A DNA stretch of 49,674 bases, from positions 1 through 49,674 of the forward strand of contig CAJJCU010000007.1 in the NCBI GenBank assembly GCA_905182775.1, read 5' to 3'. This document shows, in pieces, positions 48,942 through 49,674 of the stretch. Numbering within the stretch: position 1 is the stretch's first letter; every line of letters starts with the position of its first letter. The notes beneath the pieces are model-generated. The model did not search any database. It was not told the DNA's origin and saw only the letters and a list, made by a program, of their open reading frames with translations. Source of the DNA: an uncultured Flavobacteriales bacterium (lineage in GTDB: Bacteria; Bacteroidota; Bacteroidia; Flavobacteriales_D; Crocinitomicaceae). A program made the position numbers and the translations under genes.

Positions 48942-49674
48942 ATGAAATCTCTTCTATTTTTAGCTATCGTATTCTTTAGTTTTCATTTGTGTTCTCAGGA
49001 AGTATCCCTGGTTCAAACGCGAGAAGATGGTCGCTATACACTTTCACCCGAAGGCGCCTCCTATTTTGCAAAGCTTTCTCTTGAATGCACCGGGAAAGCC
49101 GCTCCCCATTTTATTGAACGGGTATATGAGAACAGGTATAAATGGAGGTTCGTAGATACGGTCTCAGGGAAAGATTACTGGCCCGCACTTCGTGGCCTTG
49201 AGCAAGAGCCTTCTGCAAAAGATTTATGGCCCTCTTTTTATGGGTGCTTTGATTGGCATAGCAGTGTGCACAATCATTGGTGTTTGGTAAAACTATTGAA
49301 ATCATACCCCGATATTGACGAGGCACAAGCCATTCGAGAGAAATTACAATTGAGCTTTAGCCCTGAAAACATCGTTAAAGAATTAAGCTTTGTTCAAAAC
49401 AATGAGTTTGGTCTTTTTGAGTTTCCTTACGGGCAATCATGGTTACTTAAGGTCGCTGATGAATTGGCTGGCTGGGAGGACCCTGATGCAAAAGTTTGGC
49501 TCAAAAACATCGCGCCTCTTGTTGAATACATCGCTGGTGCTCACAAGTGGTATTGGGTTAACGTTACACCTGAAGAAATAGTCAGCGGAAGTCATGACAG
49601 CCCATCCATGGGATTGGCATTTGCGTATGATTATGCTGTTACCTTTAAGGATGATGAGCTGAAAGAAATCGTTG
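48942..49674 (+). CDS. DUF2891-family protein, 5' partial (runs off the window end)
   Basis: Not in the ORF track because it has no stop. Hand translation from ATG 48942 is open for 244 codons. Signal peptide MKSLLFLAIVFFSFHLCSQ. The FYGCFDWHSSVHNHWCLVKLL motif is typical of DUF2891. Confidence 0.7.
   Translation, partial: MKSLLFLAIVFFSFHLCSQEVSLVQTREDGRYTLSPEGASYFAKLSLECTGKAAPHFIERVYENRYKWRFVDTVSGKDYWPALRGLEQEPSAKDLWPSFYGCFDWHSSVHNHWCLVKLLKSYPDIDEAQAIREKLQLSFSPENIVKELSFVQNNEFGLFEFPYGQSWLLKVADELAGWEDPDAKVWLKNIAPLVEYIAGAHKWYWVNVTPEEIVSGSHDSPSMGLAFAYDYAVTFKDDELKEIV

Overview
The window looks like a chromosomal segment of a Bacteroidota (Flavobacteriia-like) genome. Three observations support this: type IX secretion (T9SS) C-terminal sorting domains, TAnnTTTG '-7' promoter boxes, and a split CoxIII gene arrangement. 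It is densely packed with about 39 protein-coding genes, the last one truncated by the window end. I found no rRNA, tRNA, CRISPR array, transposase, integrase or phage genes.

Most genes are housekeeping: dxs, monomeric isocitrate dehydrogenase, a GH3 beta-glucosidase with an MFS sugar transporter, an MsbA-like ABC exporter, PhoH/PIN, RidA, an SDR, a crotonase, an aminotransferase/omega-amidase pair, a sensor kinase, and M14 and S41 peptidases.

Three parts stand out:
- A translationally coupled trio of a GtrB-like GT2, a DUF2079-like polytopic membrane protein and a PorZ-like T9SS propeller protein (20.6-25.4 kb). This could be a periplasmic glycosylation module wired to T9SS cargo anchoring.
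- A cytochrome oxidase accessory operon (36.4-42.5 kb). It encodes heme O synthase, two CoxIII-like proteins with large soluble insertions, CoxIV, a degenerate and a canonical SCO protein, and a fusion of a DUF3050 (heme-oxygenase-like) domain to a DUF420/CtaM domain.
- A 1378-aa modular T9SS surface protein (4.9-9.0 kb). Its Ig-like units carry nested cassettes, including an unassigned WGDGWNG module.

All family assignments come from motif recognition by eye. None was confirmed by a database or HMM search.
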